Positions 26,401 to 38,752 of a DNA stretch of 64,000 nucleotides are shown one piece after another. Positions within the stretch are counted from its first letter, which is position 1. The number at the start of each line of letters is the position of its first letter. Position numbers and translations under genes: made by a program. The stretch spans positions 3,504,662-3,568,661 of the forward strand of contig OZ037770.1 of assembly GCA_964035545.1 (NCBI GenBank), in the 5' to 3' direction. Below the pieces are notes generated by a model. The model ran no database searches. It saw only the letters and a program-made list of their open reading frames with translations, and was not told the DNA's origin. Origin of the DNA: Bugula neritina (lineage: Eukaryota; Animalia; Bryozoa).

Positions 26401-29400
26401 TCATAACAGATCTATATAATGTAACATACTACCATAACGCTTGACTACTAGGTAAAAATATAACAGTTTATTATAATAGTACACAAGTATTTATTTTTAA
26501 ACTCAGTGAACACTAATAAACTAGAAATTATTGCATACTATTAATTACATTTTTATAGCACAACAATATATAATGGCATATAACTTTAAAATTGTGTTTT
26601 TCCCACAATATTATAAACCATTGCATATATATATATGTGTAACTTCAAAACACTGCATTTCATATTTTTCAATTATACAATGGTACACCATAATAACACT
26701 TGTTATGCATATAAAGTTGTCAAATATTGAATGTTTTAAACAATACAAAAATATTGTGACACAAACCTCTCAGGTAGAATAGATAATTTACAGTTCCCCA
26801 TATCCAACTCTTTAAGTGTTGTGAGTGAAAACACAACTTCTGGTACTGTGTTGAGAGTATTCCAACCTATGTCTAGTTTCTCTAACTGAGTCAGCTGACA
26901 CAGACTGTAATATAAAGTGTATGATATATGTAGTCCTCATTACTATAATATTTTATACTTTATTCACATTTTGTTTTCAACCAGGTAAAACTATATACAA
27001 CTTAGCTACCAAGCAACTTATTGCAGCATTGTACATGCAGAGCATGAGAAGTTGACAGTTTATTATAATAGTATACAAGTATTCAATTATTATATACACT
27101 CAGTGTGTGAATACTAATCAATTATACAACTGCTTACTATTATTTACATTTTTATAGCACAAGAATATATTATAATGGCATACCTCAAATTATGTTATTT
27201 TCACAATACTACAGACCATATTTCATATAGAATTAATAAATTGCATTTCACATATTTTTCAATTATATAATGACATAACCTAACAATACTTGGTAAGAAA
27301 TTATTTTATAATTTCAAGTATTAAGTGTTTCAAACAATACAAAAACTGTGACAAACAAACCTCTTAGGGAGAGTAGATAATTCACAGTTCCCCATATTCA
27401 ACTCTTTAAGTGATGTGAGTGATGACACAACTTCTGGTACTGTGTTGAGAGGAATCGATCCTATGTATAATTTCTCTAACTGAGTCAACTGACATAGGCT
27501 ATAAACATACAGTGTTTGATATATTTAGTTTTACTTATACAGAGTACAATTACTAGAGTTACTATAGCTACCACATGATTATGAGAGATAAAAAATTATG
27601 CTATCAATTTATCCCTTCATAACAGATCTATATAATGTAACATACTATCATAACGCTTGACTACAATATAGGTAAAAATATAACAGTTTATTATAATAGT
27701 ACACAAGTATTTATAATTTAAAACTCAATGAACACTAATAAACTAGAAATTATTGCTTACTAATAATTACATTTTCATAGCACAGCAATATATAATGGCA
27801 TTTAACCTTAAAATTGTGTTATTCCCACAATATTATAAACCATTGCATATATTTGTGTAACTTCAATACATTGCATTTCATATTTTTCAATTATATAATA
27901 AATGACATACCGTAATAACACTTGGTATAAGCATATAAAGATGTCAATTATTGAAGGTTTCAAACAATAAAAAGAATTAGCAATACAAACCTCTCAGGTA
28001 GAGTAGATAATTTACAGCCCCCCATTTGCAACTCTTTAAGTAATGTGAATGATGACACAACTTCTGGCACTGTGTTGAGAGGATTATATGCTATGCCTAG
28101 CGTCTCTAACTGAGTCAGCTGACATAGACTGTAATATAAAGTGTATGATATATATGTAGTCTGCATTACTATAATATTTTATACTTTATTCACATTTTGT
28201 TTTCAACCAGGTAAAACTATATACAACTTAACTACCAAGCAACTTATTGCAGCATTGTACATGCAGAGCATGAGAAGTTAACAGTTTATTATAATAGTAT
28301 ACAAGTATTTATAATTTAAAACTCAATGAACACTAATAAACTAGAAATTATTGCTTACTAATAATTACATTTTCATAGCACAGCAATATATAATGGCATT
28401 TAACCTTAAAATTGTGTTATTCCCACAATATTATAAACCATTGCATATATTTGTGTAACTTCAATACATTGCATTTCATATTTTTCAATTATATAATAAA
28501 TGACATACCGTAATAACACTTGGTATAAGCATATAAAGATGTCAATTATTGAAGGTTTCAAACAATAAAAAGAATTAGCAATACAAACCTCTCAGGTAGA
28601 GTAGATAATTTACAGCCCCCCATTTGCAACTCTTTAAGTAATGTGAATGATGACACAACTTCTGGCACTGTGTTGAGAGGATTATATGCTATGCCTAGCG
28701 TCTCTAACTGAGTCAGCTGACATAGACTGTAATATAAAGTGTATGATATATATGTAGTCTGCATTACTATAATATTTTATACTTTATTCACATTTTGTTT
28801 TCAACCAGGTAAAACTATATACAACTTAACTACCAAGCAACTTATTGCAGCATTGTACATGCAGAGCATGAGAAGTTAACAGTTTATTATAATAGTATAC
28901 AAGTATTCAATTATTATATATACTCAGTGTGTGAATACTAATCAACTATACAACTGCTTACTATTATTTACATTTTATAGCACAAGAATATATAATGGCA
29001 TACCTTAAATTATGTTGTTTTTACAATATTACAGTCTATATTTCATATAAAATTCAAAAAAAATTGCATTTCACATATTTTTCAATTATATAATGACAAG
29101 CCCTAGTTTTACTTGGTAGGAAACTCTTTTATGATTTCAAGTATTAAATTCTTTAAACAATACAAAAACTGTGACAAACAAACCTCTCAGGTAGAGTAGA
29201 TAATTTACAGTCCCACATATTCAACTCTTTAAGTGATGTGAGTGATGATACAACTACTGGTACTGTGTTGAGAGGATTCCCTCCTATGTATAGTTTCTCT
29301 AACTGAGTCAGCTGGCACAGACTATAAACATACAGTGTTTGATATATATTTTAGTTTTACTTATACAGAGTACAATTACTAGAGTTGCTATAACTACCAC

Positions 29401-32085
29401 ATGATTATGAGGGAGAAAAAACTATACTATCAATTTATTTCTTCATAACAGATCTATATAATGTAACATACTATCATAGCGCTGGACTGCTAAGTAAAAA
29501 TATAACAGTTTATTATAATAGTACACAAGTATTTATTTTTAAACTCAGTCAATACTAATAAACTAGAAATTATTGCTTACTAATAATTACACTTTTATAG
29601 CACAACAATATATAATGGCATATAACCTTAAAATTGTGTTATTCCCACAATACTATAAACCATTGCATATATATGTGTAACTTCAAAACATTGCATTTCA
29701 CATTTTTCCAATTATTTTTCAATTATACAATGGCATACCATAATAACACCTGGTAAGCATATAAAGTTGTCAAATATTATTTGTTCCAAACAATACAAAA
29801 ACTGTGATAAACAAACCTCTCAGGTAGAGTAGATAATTCACAGCTCCACATATACAACTCTTCAAGTGATGTGAGTGATGACACAACTTCTGGTACTGTG
29901 TAGAGAGGATTCCCTCCTATGCCTAGTTTCTCTAACTGAGTCAGCTGACACAGACTGTAATATAAAATGTATGATATATATGAGTCTGCATTACTATAAT
30001 ATTTTATACAATATCCGCACTTTGTTTTCAACCAGGTAAAACTATATACAACTTAACTACCAAGAAACTTATTGTAGCATTGTACATGCAGAGCATGAGA
30101 AGTTAACAGTTTATTACAATAGTATACAGGTATTCAATTATTATATATACTCAGTGTGTGAATACTAACCAACTATACAACTGCTTACTATTATTTACAT
30201 TTTTATAACACAAGAATATATAATGGCATAAATACCTTAAATTATGTTGTTTTCACAATATTACAGACCATATTTCATATGGAATTAAAAAAAATTGCAT
30301 TTCACATATTTTTCAATTATATAATGACATGCCCTAATTATACTTGGTAATAAGAAACTATTTTATGATTTCAAGTAATAAATGTTTCAAACAATACAAA
30401 ACCTGTGACAAACAAACCTCCCAGGTAGAGTAGAAAATTTACAGCTCCTCATATCCAACTGTTTAAGTGATGTGAGTGATGACACAACTTCTGGTACTGT
30501 GTTGAAAGGATTATCTTCTATGTGTAGTTTCTCTAACTGAGTCAGCTGACATAAACTGTAATATAAAGTGTATGATATATATGTAGTCTGCATTACCATA
30601 ACATTTTATACTATATTCACATTTTGTTTTCAACCAGGTAAAACTATATACAACTCAACTACCAAGCAACTTATTGTAACATTGTACATGCAGAGCATGA
30701 GAAGTTAACAGTTTATTATAATAGTATACAAGTATTCAATTATTATATATACTCAGTTTGTGAATACTAATCAACTATACAACTGCTTACTATTATTTAC
30801 ATTTTATAGCACAAGAATATATAATGGCATACCTTAAATTTTGTTATTTTCACAATATTACAGACCATATTTCATAAAGAATTAAAAAAATTGCATTTCA
30901 CAGATTTTTCAATTATATAATGACATAACCTAATTATACTTGATAAGGAACTATTTTATGATTTCGAGTATTAAATGTTTCAAACAATACAAAACTGTGA
31001 CAAACAAACCTTTCAGGTAGAGTAGATAATTCACAGCCTTCCATATTCAACTCTTCAAGTGATGTGAGTGATGACACAACTTCTAGTGCTGTGTTGAGAC
31101 GATTCCATCTTATGTCTAGTTTCTCTAACTGAGTCAGCTGACATAAACTGTAATATAAAGTGTGTAATATATGTAGTCTACTGTATCATATATATAATAA
31201 TATAATCTGTACTCAGCTATAATGTAAATTATGGAGCAAACAATTTTGTTGAAACAGGGTACAGCAAAAAAAAGCTATTATGCCATGTTATACGTGTAAT
31301 GGGTGCCCTGTGTAGAATTGAGTGATTAGATGTACATGTATAAAGACATCCTGTAAGTTTAATAGATAAGGGGTACATCTACAATGTAATGCGAGTATAT
31401 AGTATGATTTATAATAATAAATGGTTTACTTTGTTATAGCTAATCCGACACAAATTAGCATGTATTTAATATTCCGAAAATATTTTATTTTTAAGTATAT
31501 ATGGCTACATATAATATGCTTATAATATATTATGTGTTGCAGATAAACACCTTCTGTATAATCCTACATGTATACATGTACTGCAATAATATGTTACTTC
31601 TGTATTCAACTACATAAAACATGTTTTAATTTATGATAGCGTGTGTAACACTACAGTTTCCCACTGTCTAATTTCTACAACTCGTTCAGCTGGTAGAGAT
31701 ACAATGTTATACATATTACTATAGCTTTATATAGTGCATGATTACATCATGAGTATAAGAATGTACTTCAGCATTGACCCAGATACATGCATCGTGGGTG
31801 ATAATTACCACAACTAAACTCATTTAACATTTACACAGCTATCATAATAGACACTCACTTGTCTAGACTTGCTCTGTCAGTCAGGTGAGAAACACGTAGA
31901 CGCAGGGCTTTACCAGCAATCTCTCCAATGTTGTTTGGAATTCTCCCTTCCAGTTTCAGATCTCTGATGCAATTTCTCCCAACTTCATGTTTCACCTCAG
32001 CAGCAGTATATGACTTGGTATTAGCTTTCCATACATCCCACCAGTCTACAGGAGGCTGACCAGAATGTCTGAACCAGATTCTCAT
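15547..32085 (-). CDS. LRR-Roc-COR (Roco, MFHAS1-like) protein with C-terminal caspase-like module; this copy is disrupted by a piggyBac insertion and a +1 frame break
   Basis: Exons in transcript order: 31859-32085; 14 LRR exons; 21604-22028 joined to 19330-20910 (TE removed); 18990-19076; 18631-18861; 17248-17418; 16673-16895; 16256-16483; 15920-16023; 15547-15696. Intron phases are compatible except at 18990/18861. About 1785 aa if repaired, or 1421 aa to the TAG at 18848-18850. Confidence 0.8.
19330..22028 (-). CDS. Final LRRs + Roc GTPase + COR exon (interrupted by TE at 20911-21599)
   Basis: G1 GNTMAGKTS, G2 ETT, G3 DMGGQ, G4 THKD. COR motifs LTYMHDCGKVLWY, LLKTFRLLY, YFIIPQF. LRR cap LTSPPLEVCERGLDAVRQYY. 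Confidence 0.9.
20911..21599. mobile_element. Non-autonomous piggyBac-type element (689 bp)
   Basis: TTAA TSDs at 20907-20910 and 21600-21603. TIRs CCCTTACGCGATCAA / CCCTTTCGCGATCAA (14/15). Subterminal direct repeat GATCAATGGACCATATATG. Precise removal restores ETTKVFKVEEVEVDG. Confidence 0.92.
22881..31147 (-). repeat. Tandem array of 14 LRR exons (138 nt, 46 aa, phase 2/2) within about 600-bp exon+intron units
   Basis: Exons: 22881-23018, 23690-23827, 24329-24466, 24929-25066, 25551-25688, 26145-26282, 26767-26904, 27361-27498, 27991-28128, 28589-28726, 29184-29321, 29817-29954, 30418-30555, 31010-31147. All are open with AG/GTTTGT boundaries. Consensus SLCQLTQLEKLxIxxNPLNTVPEVVSSLTSLKELxMxxCxLSTLPE. 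Confidence 0.95.
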
Positions 32086-32814
32086 ACTCTCTGTAACATC
32101 ATACAATGACAGTTTAATTATTACACAGTGTTAGCAGGTGATGTCTGTCATTCTGAAACCTGTCACATATATCTATTATTTGCTGCATGTGTGTCAGTCA
32201 CCATAGCTATATATAGACATATCTGACTACTTTAGGTTTATGAAAGTAAAATCTGCAAATTTAAAATGATCTCTATTTTTTTAAAAACAACTGCTTTGTG
32301 TAAAAACTTTGAAATTATGCTGCTTCAGTTTCAATGAAGATCTTTTTAAATAATGTTGACATATATTAAAAATTATATAAATATATTAATACATTTTAAA
32401 ATTGTTGTATTCTTACCTTCGTATGATGATGTGAACGTTGCAGTCAATGACAAGTACGTTACTAGTAGTAAAATAAGAATTTAAAAGTATTTCTATGGCT
32501 GGCCAGCCGAAACCTAAACTTGACTTCTAACATTCGAAATCTCGCTTCTGCCCCGCTGGGGGTATATCCGGTGTGACATTGTAACACTAAACACAACATC
32601 CTCCCTCTCAACAAAGAACGGTGATAACCCGTGTAAAATAAACGTAACATCCTTTACCAGTAATATGACAGTAACAGTGAAGATGAACATGGAAAGAAAT
32701 AAAATAAAAAGTAACATATATGTGTAGAATCTCCAAAGAAGACAGGACAATAAGAGCTAACTGACTGAGTGTAGTAAAACAAACTATGTACAAAGTAAGG
32801 AGTATCAAAGCCTC

Positions 32815-35800
32815 CTAGTTCATATCAAAATCTTTAAATCTTGATGGAAGCACCCCTCTACTGGACCTAACACCTCGCCTACCGATAGGGGGGACAACAC
32901 TGCGAGTTGGGGTAACTGCTTTAACTTCCTGGTCTGACACAACTGGTGTTGGAAGATTGGGGTTTGGTAGCTCTTCAGTATCCGTTGGGCTAGAAGAGTC
33001 CAGCTCGGAACTAGGACGAACAATCGTGTTATTGGGTTTCAAATGAACTCGATTTCTCCTTAGGAGTCGAGACCCATTATCAACGAGGTATGACCTCGGT
33101 GCACCATGATGTCCAACCACACATCCAGGTGTCCAGATCTTTTCTGGACCAGCTCTCATAAATACTTCAGAGCCTAGGGGTAAATTGGGTAGTTCCTTTG
33201 TCCGCTGATCGTAATATGCTTTAGCTGTCTGTTGTCTTGCTTTGAGAGCACCAGTGGAATTTACTGTACTTGGAGTCAGGAATGCGGTAGTCGTCGGGAG
33301 TCCAGTTCTCAAATTCCTGCTGAAAAGCATCTCTGCTGGACTATATAGACAACCACTCAGTGGTGTCTCTCTGTAGACTAGTAGAGAGTGATACACATCA
33401 ACCTGAGACTGTTCACACTTCCTTAAAAACTGCTTCACAGTCTGAACATACCGTTCAGCAAGACCATTTGACTGATGATGGTGTGGACTGGAGGTAACAA
33501 TATCAAAACACCAATCCTTACCAAACTGTTTCATCACATGACTTGTAAAGGGCATATTGTCCGCCATAATGGATTTGGGCACGCCATGAATTGAAAATAT
33601 GGATTTCAGGGCCATGACAACATGTTCTGCAGTTTTTCCACCTAATAAACGTAGTTCGGGAAAGTGTGACATGCAGTCAACTACTAACAAGTAGTCCTGA
33701 CCGCGAAACTGCATTATATCCATGGCTACAGTGTACCACGGCAATGTGGGCGTGTCATGAGGCATAAGTGGCTCCTTTGACTGCCTGTTCGCAAACATAG
33801 CACACTCACTGCACAGGCTAACCTTTGAATAGATGTCCTGATTCAGTCCCGGCCAACACAGTTGGTTTAAGGTCATACTTTTCATTTTCTGGCTCTTTGC
33901 CAGGTGCTTTATGTTCTATATGAACAATGTTCCACTGATAGCTCGAACAGGTTGAATGTCACAGGAACAAAAAAAATATGAAAAGATAAAGAAATTTATG
34001 TTCTCCAATATACTTTTTTATTTTTTTCAAAAGCCAATTCATGTTTAAGTTATAGCTTGTTGAAAAACACAGTCCCCCTTCCACATTCTTTTCAATTTAT
34101 ACGCTCCTGACTTGTTATTGTGTCTCAATATGCCTTGTATTTGAGTGCTTGTTAGTCTCGCTTCACTAACTTTGCCTATACTTCACAAGTGCCAGTGCTG
34201 CTGGCTCAAAAGCTAAATGTTATAAACTGTCAGCTAAAACCCAATCTTGTATTCCTAGGTTGGTTGGCCTAAATAAAACAATAGTCAAATCATGATTTCA
34301 TGTTTTAAAAATTTACTCTATTCTAACCTGCTGCCTAGCTAGTTCTATTTTTGATGTATAATTACAAAATTTGTGATACATTTTTTTGGCAACCATGTGA
34401 TTTATAAAATGCAGTAATGGTACTTATAATATTATATTATTATCATTATAATATATTATATAGTATTATGTGTGTTTTTATTATACTGCATAATATCTAT
34501 TTTATTATTGTTGTTGTGCAAACAAGTGCAATTAACCTAGTTTTCAAAATGTACCTCTAAATTATCAGAATATCAGTTTAGATATTTTCATGCTTTGTAA
34601 GGTAAACCTAAAAAAAGAGGCTGTATTCCCAAAGTAAAGGGTGTTGAACTATGAACTATATTAGATTAGCCACTCTGCTACCAAGTGCGTCAGTATAATA
34701 TTATATGAATAGCTCTGATGCTTTGTCTCCGGTGGCTGGCTGCGATATGATAACTTGGCCAACTTCCAAGAGTTTAAAATTGGCGCAATTATTCAAGAGG
34801 TTACATACTGCACAGAGCTAGCAGTGATAGTAACCTTGCTATTGGCAGTACTTATTACAACTGCCAGCATATAAGCTGCATTGTAGAATGCCGTTGGGGT
34901 AGGCTATTAAAACCAAATTCTGCTCTCTAATATACCTAAGACACAATGCAGCAACATAATTGTTCATTTCAAATTACATTGCCACCCTTACATGAGCTGT
35001 GGGCTTCATAAAGATTCATATGATTAGAGATTTATGCTATAGGCTAGCTATGATGAAAATAACACACCATTGTCAAAGTTAACTTCAAGTATGTTGTTTT
35101 CCAGAAACTCAGTAATGTCCATTTATCTCTCGCATACAAATACTTATGTAATAGCATACAGTTTAAGTTTTATTTTAAAGCACATCTGCAAACTCTACAA
35201 TAAGAGCTTGCTTCCAGTCTATTTCAGACCTGTTTTTGTAGCTAGTAATACGCAAGCTACTTATTTTTAAACTTTTGGGTTATTTGTTCAAAACCATTAG
35301 CTTTGCTAGTAACCCGAGACTATTGCAACAGTTGACTGCTATCAACATGAATTGACAGCCTAATAATTATAACCCGTTTGCGCGCGAAATATTTATGTAA
35401 TGATAGTGACTCATATAGTGAGCAACCCATTAACGATGACTGCGTGGTCTAGAGGTTAGAGGCGTCAGCGACGAGTTGGTTGGTCATGGTTCAACCCTGT
35501 TTTGTTGCAATTTTTTTTGTCAATTTATGCAAATCCTACGCATGTATAATAAATATGGCTATAAGTGTAAAGTTTTTTTTTTAACTTTTGTTCAACAGTA
35601 AGACAACATACATGCATAATAATTAGATACTGAACGCTGGACTAAACCTTAAATTGATCTTATAGAATACAATGTACTTAAAATAATCATATGTGAATTA
35701 GAGAAACTGAAAGTACACCTGCTGTGCTATAGACCTTTACTGACAAGACTGCAAAGTGAAGTGATTTAGCTGAAATTAACTCTGCCAAACAAACAAAGAA

Positions 35801-38752
35801 TTATGTTGTGCTAAGGCATTTTCAATATATTATTGTAACATAGTGAGATGATTCAGCTAAGTGCTAATGTAAAACAGGGAACATTATCTTGGCAGAAATC
35901 CAATAGATTGCCAATTTGTGCGAGAGGGTACTATATGTTATTGTGATAGCGCAGAGCGGCAAACGTACTAGGAATGTTATAATTAGTCACAGGAGCGTAG
36001 CTAGAACCACCATATGAAGAATTTAGAAAATTGCAGTGAAACTTGCAAAATGGTGTATGTTTTTACCAAATTGTGAAGAGCATAAACAGAATTTCAAAAA
36101 ACAAAGAAAGTATATTAGAGAAAACATATCAAGGAATGTCAAGTTTAACTTTTAGACTTTATAAAATGAATCCCCTGTGCTACAGCAGTGGAACATGGAG
36201 GGTATAAAATTTTACTTATTATGCAACAACTTTCTCAGAAAATTTTTTATTGAAAAATTAAAAAAGTATATGAAAGAGGAATGCAAGAGCTATCTTTTCA
36301 TGTAAAATTTGTTAATGTGAGACAAAAACTGTTCGAGCTATCCCCTGGAAACCGTTTATATATAACATAAAGCAGTGCTTGAATCTGGAAAGTAATGACC
36401 TTAAACTAACTGTGAATAAACAGACCTACGGGCTCGCTCTTTACACTTCTGTATTCCCAAATGTCCCTGGTGAATCTTGTTCAACATTTCTTTTCGTGCA
36501 CCAACCGGAACAACTAGGCGCTCACCTACGAAAAGAAAACCACCAGCTTCATATAGTTCATCTCTTACCAACCAATAGGGTTGTAGGTTGGCAGGTGCAT
36601 GACTACGATGCGTCCAGTCCCAACCCTCTTGGCACGCCTGCTTGAGATCCGACATTGTTGTGTCATCCGAATATGCCGTACTCAACCAGTCACTCATCTC
36701 ACTTGCAACCTCCAGCGAGTGAACCATCACTACTTCATCCTCCAGGTCAGCTTGGGTCGACGGAGTCTTAGTGCTATACGCTCTAGACAGAGTATCAGCA
36801 AGATAGAGATATTTCCCTGGGACATAGGTGACCTGGGCTACTTCATAACGTTGTAATCTCAGGAGCAGTCGTTGTAGCCGTGGAGATGCTTTATGTAAAG
36901 GTTTCTTCATTATGGATAACAAGGGACTGTGATCAGTCTGTAGTGCTATAGGACGACCATAAACATAGCTATGGAAGTACTCACAGCCAAAGACCATAGC
37001 TAGTAACTCTTTATCAATTTGGGGATAATTGATCTCAGCACTGGTCAGGGCCCGAGAGCCATAGGCTACAGGCCTACCCTGCTGTAGTAGCACAGCACCA
37101 AGCCCAGACTTTGAGGCATCTACTTGGAGATTTACCGGCTTGTTTACATCAAAGTACTTCAAAACACTGTCATTCATGAGAACACTTCTGATATTGGCCA
37201 TGGCTGATTGCTGTTCTGGACCCCAGAACCAATCCACATCCTTCTTCAAAAGGCATCTGAGAGGTTCAGTAATTGTGGACATATTCGGGATGTAGTTCCT
37301 AAGAAAGTTGACTGTGCCCAACAGCCGTTGTACACCATTTCTGTCTGTGGGTTCAGGCATGTCTGCAATAGCTGACACCTTGTTTGGGTCAGGCTTTAGA
37401 CCATCTACGGACACAATATGCCCAAGGTAGTTGACTTCTTGCCGATTAACTTGAATTTTTTCTTTGTTAAAACGCACATTGCACTCCCGGGCTCTCTGCA
37501 ATACTTTGTGGAGGTTATTGTCATGTTCCGCCTGCGTGCGACCGGCCACAATTAGGTCATCAAAGTATATGGAGACCGCTAGATCACCAAAAATCTGTTC
37601 GACACGTTTTTCGAACACTTCGGCAGATGAGTGAAGGCCAAATGGTAGTCTTTTATAGCAATATCTGCCAAATGGCGTGTTGAACGTAGTGAGAAGACTA
37701 CTTTCAGGGGATAGGCGGATATGCCAATAGCCATGCTTCATATCCAGAATAGTAAAGCGTTTCATGCCATTAAACCTGGTGGCAGCGGTATTTGTTTCGG
37801 CTCCTGTGTCAACTTTGAAAGAATTTCTTTCACTGTCCTTCAACTTGACATCCACAAACCACGACTTCTTAGCCTCGACTGTCTCTACCATTCCGATAAA
37901 CAAGGTTGAAAGATTTTTATCCAGCACTTCTTCTCCAGTCTCGACTCCAACGGCATGAACGAGCTTTTTTGGGCATCGTTTTTCAAAGTGATTTAAACCA
38001 TGACAACTGTTACACTTTTTGCCATATGCCGGACATTTGCCGTAGACATGTTCATACGAACAGAATCTGCATTTTATCTTCTTGTCAGTGGTAAGTCCAC
38101 CCTTGTGAATGGGTTTGTTGACAACAGTGGCAACCTGTCTCATCGCTAAACTAGACTTATCCCCATCAGCAATCAGGCTCAGCTGTGCTTCAGTCATCTC
38201 AGTAGCCCGAATATCCTCTACGGCTTTTTCTAAAGTCATCGTGTTGTCACGAAGTAATCTTTCCTTCAGCTTTACAGATGTCAAGCCAAAAACGATACGA
38301 CATAGCAACATCTTTGACTTCACACCCTCTGGAAAGTCACACCGCGATGCCTGTGACTTGAGTCGCTTTAAATATACATCTATAGGCTCACTTTCAGTCT
38401 GCGACATCGACCAGAACACAAACCACTCATAGAGCTCATTTTTTCTCGGGTTACAATATGTATCAAACATATCCAGTACATCACTTAGTACCGTCTTACT
38501 TTTCCCAGCTGGGGCCTCCAACTGTGAGAAAATCTCATTGGTCTCGTCGCCAGCAATATGCAGAAACATTGCTATCTGCCTCCGGGATATGGCTGCATTG
38601 CCGGCAGGTTCAGGGTCTGTGGGATTCGCTTTGGGAGTTAGAACTACATCAATAGCCATCAAATAATTTTCAAAATTTCTGCGGAATCGTTTCAAGTTCT
38701 CCGACACATTGCCCTCAAAACACATCCCAGAAGGCTGTCTGAGACCATCCAT
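32815..38752 (-). CDS. gag-pol polyprotein, split by the nested insertion and carrying an apparent in-frame PR/RT deletion
   Basis: ORFs 36401-38767 and 32815-33885 rejoin as KERARRSVY-WPGLNQDI once 33857-36414 and one TSD copy are removed. The protease FKVDTGAETN runs almost directly into RT FTILDMKHGYW. Confidence 0.85.
33857..36414. mobile_element. Non-autonomous CAC..GTG DNA transposon (CMC/EnSpm-like) nested in the integrase
   Basis: TIR CACAGTTGGTTTAAGGTCAT vs CACAGTTAGTTTAAGGTCAT (19/20), extending imperfectly to about 90 bp. 2-bp TSD AA. No transposase ORF. Confidence 0.85.
35437..35520 (+). mobile_element. tRNA-derived SINE-like remnant inside the DNA transposon
   Basis: Box A TGGTCTAGAGG, box B-like GGTTCAACCC, then a T-run. 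Confidence 0.45.

Noticed and set aside
25315-26782. Two identical 83-aa plus-strand ORFs
   Set aside because: Antisense intron sequence repeated by the 1216-bp duplication.
33857-36414. RAG/Transib transposon or RSS-like signals (ends begin CACAGT) near a variable LRR array
   Set aside because: The TSD is 2 bp rather than the 5 bp of Transib/ProtoRAG, no nonamer or transposase is seen, and the element sits in a retrotransposon rather than flanking LRR exons.
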